Source of the DNA: the human T2T-CHM13v2.0 reference genome, Homo sapiens
NCBI RefSeq assembly: GCF_009914755.1
Contig: NC_060944.1
Length of the DNA: 64,000 nt
Strand: one strand, 5' to 3'
The notes under the pieces are model-generated. The model was not told the origin of the DNA and did not search any database. It worked only from the letters and a program-made list of their open reading frames with translations. Position numbers and translations under genes: made by a program. The first letter of the stretch is position 1. Each line of letters begins with the position of its first letter. Positions 22,753-37,334 of this stretch are shown one piece after another.

Positions 22753-22830
22753 GTTCATTCATTCACCCAGCAAATACTTATCGAGTGCTTAATATCGTGC
22801 CAGGCACGATTCTGAGTGTTTGAGATATAA
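22753..22830 (-). mobile_element. L2 3' end
   Basis: ttcattcattcac...aaatacttatcgagtgc...gtgccaggcac. Confidence 0.7.
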
Positions 22831-23317
22831 CAAACACAACAAATAACCATCAGGGAAAAAATATGAACAAACATAAATTAGAATATTATATAATTCATTA
22901 TAAAACAGGATCTTTCTTAGCAAGGTAAGATGCCCTTCTTTTGTGCTCCAGTAGTGCCCTGTTCACAGCCCTACCATAGTCAGCACATTCTATACTACAA
23001 TCCTGTGTAAGACTGTGGTTGGTAGTGACTGTCTTGTTTAGACCTAAGTTATAGTCTTCCTATGGTTCTGATGAGTCCAGTGGTGGTGACTGGAGGGAGC
23101 TCTCTGGAGAACAGAAGAACCTCCTGGGAAGGTGCTGGAGAGCTTAGGTTATCATAAAAAATGAGCTAGGGTAATTCTGGAGGAGCTGACTCCACAGATC
23201 TCTAGATTAACTGCAAAGACTTGTTAAATCCCAACTTACCATTTGAAGTGTTAAAGGTAACAAATTAGGATCATCACAAAGGAAAGCTCCTTACCTCATG
23301 ATTAAATTTTAAAAATT

Positions 23318-23689
<372 letters not shown>

Positions 23690-23734
23690 TCAATTTTAGT
23701 GTAACAGATCCTAATTTCTTTGCTTTGTTAGCTT

Positions 23735-24022
23735 ATTTTTAAATTTTTTAATTTTTATTTTTTTGAGACAGGGTAGAGTGTGGCACAATCTTGGCTCAAT
23801 GCAACCTCTGCCTCCAGGGTTCAAGCGATTCTCATGCCTCAGCCTCCCGATTAGCTGGGACTACAGGCGTGTGCCACCACACCCAACTAATTTTTGTATT
23901 TTTAGTAGAGATGGTGTTTCACTTGTTGGCCAGGCTGGTCTTGAACTCCTGACCTCAAGTGATCCGCCTGCCTTGGCCTCCCAAAGTGCTGAGATTACAG
24001 GTATGAGCCACTGCACCCGGCC
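23735..24022 (-). mobile_element. Alu (AluS-like)
   Basis: Dimer with a small internal deletion. Confidence 0.92.
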
Positions 24023-24049
24023 TGTTAGGCTGATTATAAAAAAGGATAA

Positions 24050-24342
24050 GGCTGGGTGTGGTGGCTCATGCCTATAATTTCAGCATTTTGGGAGGCAGAG
24101 CTGGGAGGACTGCTTGAGCCCAAGAGTTGGAGACCAGTCTGGAAAACATACTGAGACTTCGTCTCTACAAAAAATAAAAAAATTAGCTGGGTGTGGTGGT
24201 GGGTGTCTAGAGTCCCAGCTACTCAGGAGGCTGAGATGGGAGGATCACTTGTGCTAGGAGGTTGAGGCTTTGGTGAGCCTCATGTCACTGCACTCCAGCC
24301 TGGGTGACAGAGTGAGACACTATCTTGAAAAAAAAAAAAAAA
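24050..24342 (+). mobile_element. Alu (AluJ-like)
   Basis: Full dimer. Confidence 0.92.
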
Positions 24343-25001
24343 GATACAAAAGGATAAAATTAAGTACATATCATTATTTTTTCATTATCACTTTACTTAT
24401 TTGCTTGATTATTAAAAGGAATACAATGAGGTAAAAGGGTGTTTCATAACTTACTTTTCAAAAACTTTGCCCAGAATCACAAATTGGTACATTAGTGGGT
24501 TTTTGTTTGTTTAAAGTTAAAGGCTTACTTAATTCTTTGACATAGTAATGAAAACTATATTATGAGCTATATATTTTAGAATTAAATATTTTACATATGA
24601 TAACCCTCCCTTAATAACATTTTCTTTTTTTTACATTTTGTTATATTTTTATATTTTTTGCCTCTTTAAAAAATAATTTGGTTTTGAATATTAAATTTAC
24701 ATATTTCTAAGTTAAATCAACATTCGTAGAGGAATTATCAAAAAAAACTAGTAAGTCTGAAAAAAAAACCATATTTTTATATTCTGAGGTCCTATATATG
24801 CTATGGCTAATTCTCTAATTTTAAAAAATGCTGAATATTTACATAATGTTTATCAAACTATTATTAATTTATATTTGAGTGCTTTATTATATTGGAATTG
24901 CAGTAATATTAACATTTGTATAAACACACAAAACCTTGTCTTTTCTTGCTAGAAAGAGATGTAAAAATCTGAACTAGTTGAACAGTCTTAACTCATTGTC
25001 T

Positions 25002-25308
25002 AGCCAGATGTGGTGGCTCACCCCTGTAATCCCAGCACTTTGGGAGGTTGAGGCGGGTGGATTGCTTGAACTCAGGAGTTTCAGACCAGCCTGGGAAACA
25101 TTGCAAATCCCCATTTCTACCAAAAATACAAAAAAAATTGGCCAGGTGTGGTGGCAGGCACCTGTAGTCCCAGCTACTTGGGATGCTGAGGTGGGAGGAT
25201 CACTTGAGCCTAGGAGGAAAGCTGTAGTGAGCAGAGACTGTGCCACTGCACTCCAACCTAGGTAACAGAGTGAGAACCCATCTCAAATAATAATAATAAT
25301 AACAATAA
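25002..25308 (+). mobile_element. Alu (AluJ-like)
   Basis: Full dimer, (AAT)n tail. Confidence 0.92.
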
Positions 25309-25643
25309 AGAACTCATTGTCCATTGGTAATAATAAATGTGTTTACGATGCAACAAAAAGTGTAACACAAAAATATATTAAATGCTGCAGCAAGTATTTA
25401 CATATATGTACCTCATTTTTTTTTCTTTCCACTAAGGAAGGTGCTTGTCTACAAATAGACAAACACAAATGCTTTGGTGTTTACAATTACAAACACCCCA
25501 AGTCTAGAACTTAAAAGTGGCAGTACTTTTTTTGGGACTTCTTCAGTTAACAGTTACTTTACACAGTGCTAAACTTTTTACTCTTAATTACATTTTTGGA
25601 TGATATTTATATCCCATTGTCCTAGAACACTGTGATCAAACTA

Positions 25644-25929
25644 TTTTTTTTTTTTTTTGAGACGGAGTTTTGTTCTTGTTGTCCAGGCTGGACTGCAATG
25701 GCACGATCTTGGCTCACTGCAATCTCTCCCTCCCGGGTTCAAGGGATTCTCCTGCCAAGTAGCTGGGATTACAGGTGCCCACCACCACACCTCGCTAATT
25801 TTTGTATTTTTAGTAGAGACTGGGTTTCACCATGTTGGCCAGGCTGGTCTCGAACTCCCGACCTCAGGTAATCCGCCCACCTCAGCCTCCCAGTGTTGGG
25901 ATTTTGGACGTCAGCCACTGCACCTGGCT
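25644..25929 (-). mobile_element. Alu (AluS-like)
   Basis: Dimer with small deletions. Confidence 0.9.
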
Positions 25930-26097
25930 GATCTAATTATTTTAATAATAGTTTAATAGAAATGTCAGAAAAAGGAATTTCTGGAAATAAACAGGTTTTA
26001 TAAAGGTTTTTTCTGTAGATTACAATTATATTTGTCTCAAGTATTTAATTAATTTGGAGGAAGAAATAAAAGTCATAAGCAGTCAACATATCTATGA

Positions 26098-26436
<339 letters not shown>

Positions 26437-26805
26437 TGATACCTAATGACCTTAGCTAACAAGGAAGCCACACCTTGAAAAGCAATTTTGAAATCTCTGT
26501 GAGAGTAGATTAAATCTTGGAGATAGACAATGACATACGTGTATCTGTTTACCAGGTAGAAGGGCAGAAAAATAAATAAGGACAATTTTCTCCTACAGAG
26601 TAAAACACTTCATCAGTAGATAAGATTGAAGATCATATAAAGGTGTTTTACTGATTACTAATGCACAGATTAAAACGGTAAGCCATCTTAATTTTTTAAA
26701 AATTTGCCAATTATCATACTTCATTTTAAAAAAAATCTGAGGACAGAAACTTGATTATTGATTATTTAACATATTTTGAAGTAACATAGAATGAAAATTG
26801 GTTAC

Positions 26806-26948
26806 CTAATCAAGTAGCAACAGAAGAGTAAACTAAGGATGAAGACAAATATAGCAGTACCAAAAACCACAATATATATGTTGAGAGGCAGATTCTGGAA
26901 TCCAATATTAGGCATCCTGAAGTTGTAATGTGGGAAATCCGAGCTCAT
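26806..26948 (-). CDS. RNF24: RNF24 first constitutive coding exon (exon 26806-26955; codons 1-48, includes the transmembrane helix)
   Basis: Translates [48 protein letters not shown], which I recognise as the RNF24 N-terminus. Acceptor ttcttcccccacag|TTCATCCATG, donor ATTAG|gtaacc; 143 coding nt, ends in phase 2. Confidence 0.97.
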
Positions 26949-27089
26949 GGATGAACTGTGGGGGAAGAAAAGAATGGAAAAAAAATAGGTAAAGACTAAG
27001 AACCAAGACAGCATTATCATTGTGCACGTATAGAGGCACAATGACCTCATCTGAAACAAATACGGTAGACAAAGTGTTAATATTCTTGC

Positions 27090-27170
27090 CATTCATTCAT
27101 TCATTCACCATGCCAAATATTTACTGAGTATTATGTACCTGGCACTATTTCAGAGACTGGAGATCCAATA
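27090..27170 (-). mobile_element. L2 3' end
   Basis: cattcattcattcattc...aaatatttactgagtattatgtacctggcact. Confidence 0.7.
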
Positions 27171-27455
27171 TAAAAAGCTTTGCAAGTTGCATTTATTCAC
27201 TAAAAGGCATTTCACTAAAATAATGCCAGTAATTAATAAACATGAAAATGTTCAACCTCAGAGAAGTGCAAAAAGAAAAAAAGTTTTAAGATTCTTCAAA
27301 CTCTTTAGCCTTTAACCTAATAACTCAACCCTTGAAGTAACAATATTTATAATGGTAAAATATTAGAAATAACTGAGATATCTCACAAGGAAATATGATT
27401 AATTATATAGTCATATGTTATAGTATTAAAGGGTCATGAAAACATTTTCAAGTAA

Positions 27456-27749
<294 letters not shown>

Positions 27750-27751
27750 AA

Positions 27752-27890
27752 TTTCTCCCCATTCTATACACAAGGAAACTGAAGCTTAGACAGTTCTGGT
27801 CCCATGGCCATGACTGACCCAGTATGTACACAGCCAGAGCCTCTCCAACTCCAAACTCAGCAGTCTCAGTCCATATGCTCCACTGCCTTG
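27752..27890 (-). mobile_element. MIR fragment
   Basis: ccccattctatacacaaggaaactgaagcttaga (MIR core). Confidence 0.6.
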
Positions 27891-28638
27891 CTCATGTGTT
27901 ACTTTTATAATCAGAAACAGTAAGTGTTGTTTAAACATTAAAAAAAAGGACTATTTCTGTCAGTTTGTTTGAGAATACTTACTGATTACTACAGTTAAAA
28001 TTCCACAGATAAAGGATGCCTCTCCTGTAAGTGATAAGCTGTAGTTTGTCATTTTGATTCCTTACAAAATAAAGAGTTCCTGCCAGGCCTGCTTATTAAG
28101 ACCAAAGACTGACAATGGAATTATAACTATGAATACTACAAATCCAAACCCAAACAAAACTCTACCAAGCAAAGAAAACTTCTACTTTTATTTATGCATG
28201 GTAAATTAAAAATGTGTTCACAGATTTTTAGTTTTCTTGTAGGTTCCCAGAAGAGTATATTTATACTGTTGACACCACTGAGATGCTAACTGGCTGTATC
28301 TGAAATCTAAATCTTATGATTAGTTTCCAGTCTCTAGTAACATATATCAGGAAGTCAGTACCTGCAAAGAACAACTTCATCCCATGTAAATTCTTCTCTG
28401 ACAGCTTCCAAACATAAATAATGGGTAATATTTAATTTTGAACCTTTGGCCATTTTCTGGGTTGGCTCAGTTAGAGCAAGTGCTTTTACTCAAATACATA
28501 TTTAATTTCCTTTTTCCTACATTCAGATCTTCTTACGAAGGGAAGGAAGGACGTAGTTAAGGAGTGCTTTACCAAATATACATAGCACATACGCTGTGGA
28601 GCTATTAGAAAATTACAGGGCACAAAACTCAGCTCTTA

Positions 28639-29097
<459 letters not shown>

Positions 29098-29395
29098 TAA
29101 GAGAATAAACATCTGTACTGGGCAAGCTAAGAGGAAATAGGCAAGTGACAGAAAGTGGTATGGTAGAAAGACGGAGAGGTTTGCAGTCAGCAAAGCTGGA
29201 TGCTTGCTCCCAGGATGTCACTAGCTAAATGTCAGAGCTTGGCCCATCTATACTTCAATTTTCTCATCTTTCAAATGGGATAATGGGATATTCAAATGGG
29301 ATAATCTATCAACTTTAAGGAATTCCTGAAAGGATAAAATGAGATAGCAGATAATGAAGTGTCTGAAAACTCAAAGAGGACAAAACTATTAAGGC

Positions 29396-29399
<4 letters not shown>

Positions 29400-29459
<60 letters not shown>
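29400..29459. repeat. (GT)30 perfect microsatellite
   Basis: Counted directly. Confidence 0.98.
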
Positions 29460-29462
<3 letters not shown>

Positions 29463-30666
29463 GGGAAAGGGAATGACATTAAATGAAAGTAGTAAATACC
29501 ATAAAGGAAGCCTTGACAAAAATCATGTCTCTGGAGAGGATTCCACCAAACCAAGTGCCCCTTCCACAGGGAGCTCTTCTGCATGCACTGACAGCTTTCT
29601 GTCAGGTGGCCTGCCAACCTGGCCTCCAGATGCAGGAACTAGAAACCATGTCTGGCCAAAGGCAGCCATTAATACAGGCTAGCTAGGAGTGAGGCCAGTG
29701 GTGTGGGAATGTTGCCCTGCAGAGTTCTTGAAATTGGTACAATTCTTGTAGCATTCTGTACAAAGACTCAGACACACACAGCAGTAGAGGTAGTAGCACT
29801 GTCATCAGAGGGAAGAGACATCTGCCTTAGTGCTGCTGGGGGCTGGATGTTGAGACTTTTGTGAGTCCTCACTACCTGGCAGGGCCTTTTAATAAATCCC
29901 AATTACCAGAGGGATCCAGGCTGGTAGAAGATATGTTGATGCGAATATATTTTAGGAATTTTTCTCTCTTTGTTTTAGTAAATAAAATGGCTTCACTACA
30001 ATTGATATGTTGGCCCAACAATTTTAAGTAGATGGTAGAGTATTCCAAGATGTTAATCCTGATCCAGTGACACATTAGTTTTTACAAAATTTTTATCATA
30101 ATGTATTTTCACCAGAAGTATTAATCTTTTAAAATAAATTGATAAAAGGCTACATATCATCTTAGTAATATGCATTCTTTGCTATTGAAGTCTTACAAAT
30201 ATAAGTTATTTAGTAATTGCTCCTTGTGGGAGTGAAGAGGAGAAATAGAACATACAGTACACTGTTGTAGCTTACTTGGCATTTCCAACTTCATTCACGT
30301 GAAAGCCTTTTTTTCCCCTTATGTAAATTCAGTTCTTGAAATCTCTAGCCTCAGCCTAAATTTCAAACCACCCAGTCAGTTTATTAAAATCAAACCAAAA
30401 CAAAAAAAAAAGACAAGAAGATTTGAGTATTTTATCAGCAATCTTAGAACCAAGAAGTTCTAAGAGGGACAGATTACTTGAGATTTGGATGCCTACATGA
30501 CCTGAGTTTAACACAATACACCACAGCTAAATGGGGCTGCAGTAGCATTCCTCAAAGCATGCTTGGTAGCCACATTCTTCTTAGACCAGTTCCTGTTCCC
30601 TGGACAATACCATATCATCTTCCCAGGAGTCAATATTCTAGTTTTGCTTCAAAAATGCTCAGAAGT

Positions 30667-31571
<905 letters not shown>

Positions 31572-31914
31572 GAGAAAGCTTTTGACATATTAGAAGGAAC
31601 TAACTTCTTTGTTATTTATTGAGTATCTTTATGACCACATGAAACACCTTCTGCAAAATCTTTTCTTGAGTGGGTGGATGAGAGGAAAGATTAAAAATTT
31701 TAAAAACATGTCACTGATCAGTAGAAAGACCTAAGCTTTCTGATGAAATGGATACACTGGGTTCTAGAGAGAATTATTTTAAAAATAAGACCTATATTTG
31801 GACAGATCCTAGTAAAATTTCTGAATTCTAGGATAGAAAAACTGTGATAAGTTTCCAAAAAAAAAAAGTTGTTATAATGGAAAGCATATAGATTTGAGAT
31901 TTATCCTAGGCCAT

Positions 31915-32165
31915 GAGTATTAGAGTGGGCTTATGGAGTCAGAGAGCCAGGGGTTTAACCACGGATTTGTCAGTAATTTGGGGCTTGTTTCTTATCTTTT
32001 CTATGTCTCGGTTTCCTCATCTGATAAGACAGAATAATACTAGTAACTATTTCATAAAGTTTTAAGGGAATTAAATGACTCAACACACGAAAAGCACTTA
32101 AAGCACTTAGAACAGTACCTGGGCACATACTGTGTACTTGAGAAATGTTAGTTTTCATTATTAAC
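31915..32165 (+). mobile_element. MIR
   Basis: tctcggtttcctcatctgataa...aaagcacttagaacagtacctgggcacata. Confidence 0.85.
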
Positions 32166-32711
32166 TAAAATGCAACAATAAAAGATAATGGAATCACTGT
32201 CTGTATCTCCATTAAAAGACAGTCAGGTAGACTTCTGACTCCAGAAAGATGGCATAGACATACATTTCCCTATTTATCCAGCTAAATATAACTAAAAACC
32301 ATGGACATTAAGTTGGACAGAAGGTAGCACACTAACTAGGGACCTGGGGACCCAAGGAACCACATGTTAACGAGTTCTCTGGGCTTTGTTTTTGTCTCCT
32401 ATATCCCAGACTTAGAGCTGGCAAAGTTGGCAAACAAGAATGTCAACAGGTGAAGACAAAAAAAAAAAAAAAGCCCTAATGAACGTGTTCTCTCTAGCCA
32501 AAGGATGACAAAAGGAGTAGTTAACAAGACTGAAAGCTTTTAAACAAGAATTGCCCTACTTCAGCTAAACAACCCAGAAAAAACTATGGCCACACCCCTA
32601 TAGACATGCCAGCAAAGGCTGAAGGCAGAGCCTAGATTTTCACTCTTGCCAGGATGTAACGAGATGCCCCCCAGCCATCTTGCTGGGATAGTGTTAGAAA
32701 AGGCCAAGTAG

Positions 32712-33029
<318 letters not shown>

Positions 33030-33715
33030 TAACAAAGTGACTATACTCCTCCTCAATGGGGTGATGACAGAGGAGGATCTCGTGAAGAATCGGGATTTTA
33101 CCACCACCAAGTGGCAACAAGCACTCCTACCTTTTCCAGCCAAAGAGGTATCAGCGAAAGCCTAGTTGAGAGCTGGAACTCCCATTCCTGCCCCGTCCCC
33201 GCCCCCCATGTCAATAAAGGCTAAATAGGGAAACTGGACTTCTACCTTTACCTGGCATTAATGAAGCAGCATTACAACCCACCGTTTCACTGTCAGAGTG
33301 CTGTCAAAGGAAGCCAGTTAACACATCAGGTTTAAAAAAAATCCAGAGTCTCATAACATAATACACAAAATGTCCAGGTTTCAACTAAAAATTACTCATC
33401 GTACCAAGACTAGGAAGATCACAAATCAAATGAGAAATGATAATTAACAGATGCTAATGTCAATGACAAAAATGTTAAAATTATCTGACAAAGATTTTAA
33501 AGTAGCCGTCATCAAATTGTTTAAGCAAGCATTTATGAACATGCTTGAAACAAGTGAAAACACTGAAATTCTCAGCAAAGAAACAGAAGATATAAAGAGG
33601 AACAAAATGGAAATTATAGAACTGAAAAACACAATAATTGAAATAAAAAAACTAAAACTAAGCGATGGGCTCAACAGCAGAATGGAGAAGAAAGGGGAAA
33701 GCATAAGTGAACTAG

Positions 33716-33902
33716 GGCCAGGCACGGTGACTCACGCCTGTAATCCCAGCACTTTGGGAGGCCAAGGTGGATGGATCTCTTCAGGTCAGGAGTTCGAGAC
33801 AAGCCTGGCAAACATGGCGAAACCCTGTCTCTACTAAAAATACAAAAATTATCCAGGCATGGTGGTGGGCACCTGTAATCCCAGCTACTCGGCAAGCTGA
33901 GG
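33716..33902 (+). mobile_element. 3'-truncated Alu
   Basis: Left arm plus start of right arm, no tail. Confidence 0.9.
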
Positions 33903-35570
33903 AATCTGTACATAAGTGTACAGATTTAAGAAGCTGAACAAACTCCAAAGAGAATAAACCCAAAGAAATCTACAACAAGACACATCGTAGTCAAACTTCT
34001 GAAAACTAAAACAACAACAACAAAATCTTTTTTTTTCTTTGCAGAGGTAATTGAGTTAAAACAACACTAAAAAATCTTGAAAGCAACTAAGGAGATACCA
34101 TTGGGGGAAATAATATGAAAGACACAGATTTCTCATCAGAAACAATGGAGGCCAAAAGGAAGGAACACATTTTTCAAGTGCTGAAAGAAAAGAGCCATCA
34201 ACCCAAAATCCTACATCCAGCAAAAATACCCTTCAGGAATGAAACAGGAAATCAAGACAGCCTCACATGAAGGAAAACAACGGGAATTTATTGCTAGCAG
34301 ACCTACTCTTGAAGAGTGACTAAAGGAAGCTGTCTTAACAGAAGGGAAATGATAAGAAAAGGAACCTTGGAACATCAAGAAGGAAGAAACAACATGGTAA
34401 ACAAATATAAGGGTAAATACAATAAACTTCCTTCTCTTGAGTTTTCTAAATTATATTCAGTGGTTGAAGAAAAATTATAATTGTCCAACCCGGTTCTAAA
34501 TGTATTCAGAGGAAATATTTAAGATGAGCATATTAAAAATAAGGGAGGATAAAGGGACATAAAAGGAGGTAACATTTCTAGTCTGAACTGGTAAAGTATA
34601 CTAGCAGACTGCATATATAATACAATGCCTACAGCAATCAGTAAGAAAACTATACAAAGACATACACTCAAAACACTACAAAAAATCAAAAAGGACTTCA
34701 AAAAATTACTCAAGTAACAGAAACAAAAATAGTGAAAACAAATAGAAAACAAAGTTTAAAATGGCAAGCTTAAGTATAAATGATTTAAATATGCCAATTA
34801 AAACACAGAGACTGGCAGAATGAATTAAAAAACATCACCCAATAATATGCTGTCTACCTGAAACTCACTTTAAAAATAATGATACATGCATGTTGAAAAG
34901 GATGGAAAAAGATATGTAATGCAAGCATTAATCAAAAGAAAGCAGGAGTGGCTATATTAACATCAAAGCAGATTTCACAGAAAATAAAATTACCAGAGAG
35001 AGAAAGAAACATTACCTAATGATAAAATGGTCAACCCACTAAAAATACATAGCAATCCTAAATGTGCATGCACAAAACAACAGAGCTGCAAAACATGTGA
35101 AGGAAAAACTGACTGAACTGAAAGGAGATATAAACAAATCTATAATTATACTCAAATACTTCAAAACCTTCTCCCAACAGCTGATGAAACAACTAGATAG
35201 AAAACCAGCAAGGATAAAGAAAAATTCAACAACACAATTAGACAACAGGATCTACTCAAAATATATAGAGCACTCTACCTAGCAACAGCAAAATATACAT
35301 TCTTTTCAAATACCCATGGCACCTACACCAGGACAGACCACATTCCTGGTCATAAAACAAATCTCAAACAACCTTTCAAAAATCGAAGTCATATAGAGTG
35401 TGTTACTGGACATAGTTGAATCAAACTAGACATTTATAACAGAAGGGTAGCAAGAAAATATCCAAACACTTAGAAACTAATCAACACACTACTAAATAAT
35501 CTATAAGTCAAAAAGAGGTCTTAAAAGAAATTTTTAAAAATACACTGAATTGATTGAAAATGAAAATACA

Positions 35571-36242
<672 letters not shown>

Positions 36243-37278
36243 CTAAACGCACACATAAGAAAATAAAAAATCTCAAATCAATAATCTAAACTCCTACATC
36301 AAGAACCCAGAAAAAGGGCAAGTTAAAAATTAAAGAACAGAAACCAGTTAAATTGAGAATAGGAAAACAATAGAGAAAAATCAATGAAACAAAAAGCTGA
36401 GTCTTTTCTTTGAAATGATCAGTAACACTGACAAATCTCTAGGAAGAATGACAAAAAAAAAAAAAAAAAAAGAGAAGACACAAATTACCTATATCAACAA
36501 TTAAATAGGAGAGATCACTACAGACACTGCAGACATCAAAAGGATAAGAAGGGTATACACACATATACAGACATAAATTTAGTAACATAAATAAAACAGA
36601 CCAATTCCTCAAAAAACACAAACTACAAAAACTCACCCAATATAAAATAGATAATGTGAACAGTTTTATAACTATCAAAGAAACTGAATTAGTCATTTAA
36701 AAATTCACAAAAAAGAAAGCTCCAGGCCAAGAGGCTTTTACCAGAGAATTCTACCAAAAGTTTAAATAAGAATGAGCACAAATCCTTGACAATCTTTTGC
36801 AGAGAATGGGAGGGAACATTTCTCAAGGCATTTTTTGAAGCCAATGCGACCTTGATAGCAAAACCAGATAAAGACAGTGTCTGGCAAATACAGACAGAAA
36901 AATTCTTAACAAAATATTAGCAAGTAGAATTTGGCAATATGTAAATAGAATTTTACAACAACATGACCAAGTAAGGTTTATTCAAGAGATGCGGGGCTGG
37001 CTTAATATTAAAAAAAAAAAAAAATCAATGTAATCTATCCATATTAAATGGCTAAAGAAGAAAAATCACATGATCATATTAACTGATTAAAAAAAAACAC
37101 ATTTCACAAACATCAGCACCCAGAAATTAAAAAACTCCCAGAAATAGAAATGGAAGAGAACTTCTTCAACATGTTAAAAAGCATCTACAAAAAACAAACC
37201 GGCAAAAACCAACCAAACAATAACAACAAAAACTGTACAGCTAATATTATTCTTAATTGTGAAAGACTGAATACTTAC

Positions 37279-37334
37279 CCCCCTAAGACCGGGAACAAGG
37301 CAGGATATCTGCTCTCACCACTCTTATTCAACAT
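37279..37334 (-). CDS. RNF24: RNF24 alternative upstream coding exon derived from antisense L1 ORF2 (exon ~37279-37347; MLNKSGESRYPALFPVLGG)
   Basis: Acceptor cccttttctaccttattgcactggctag|AAC, ATG at 37334, donor GGGGG|gtaagt. 56 nt plus 7 nt of the next exon = 21 codons in frame with MSSDF. Agrees with my memory of the longer RNF24 isoform N-terminus. Confidence 0.85.

Noticed and set aside
24380-25640. AT-rich stretch that may be an old DNA-transposon remnant
   Set aside because: I could not identify TIRs or a family by eye; needs a Dfam search.
26802-27092. 96-aa ORF as a stand-alone gene
   Set aside because: Only 26806-26948 is RNF24 coding sequence; the rest is intron read-through (possible extension listed as a low-interest finding).
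29270-29305. 15-bp local duplication (ttcaaatgggataat); similar micro-duplications at ~13725-13760 and ~32090-32110
   Set aside because: Ordinary slippage events inside old repeats.
29315-29686. ORFs with CVCVCV / HTHTHT runs
   Set aside because: Artefacts of the (GT)30 microsatellite.
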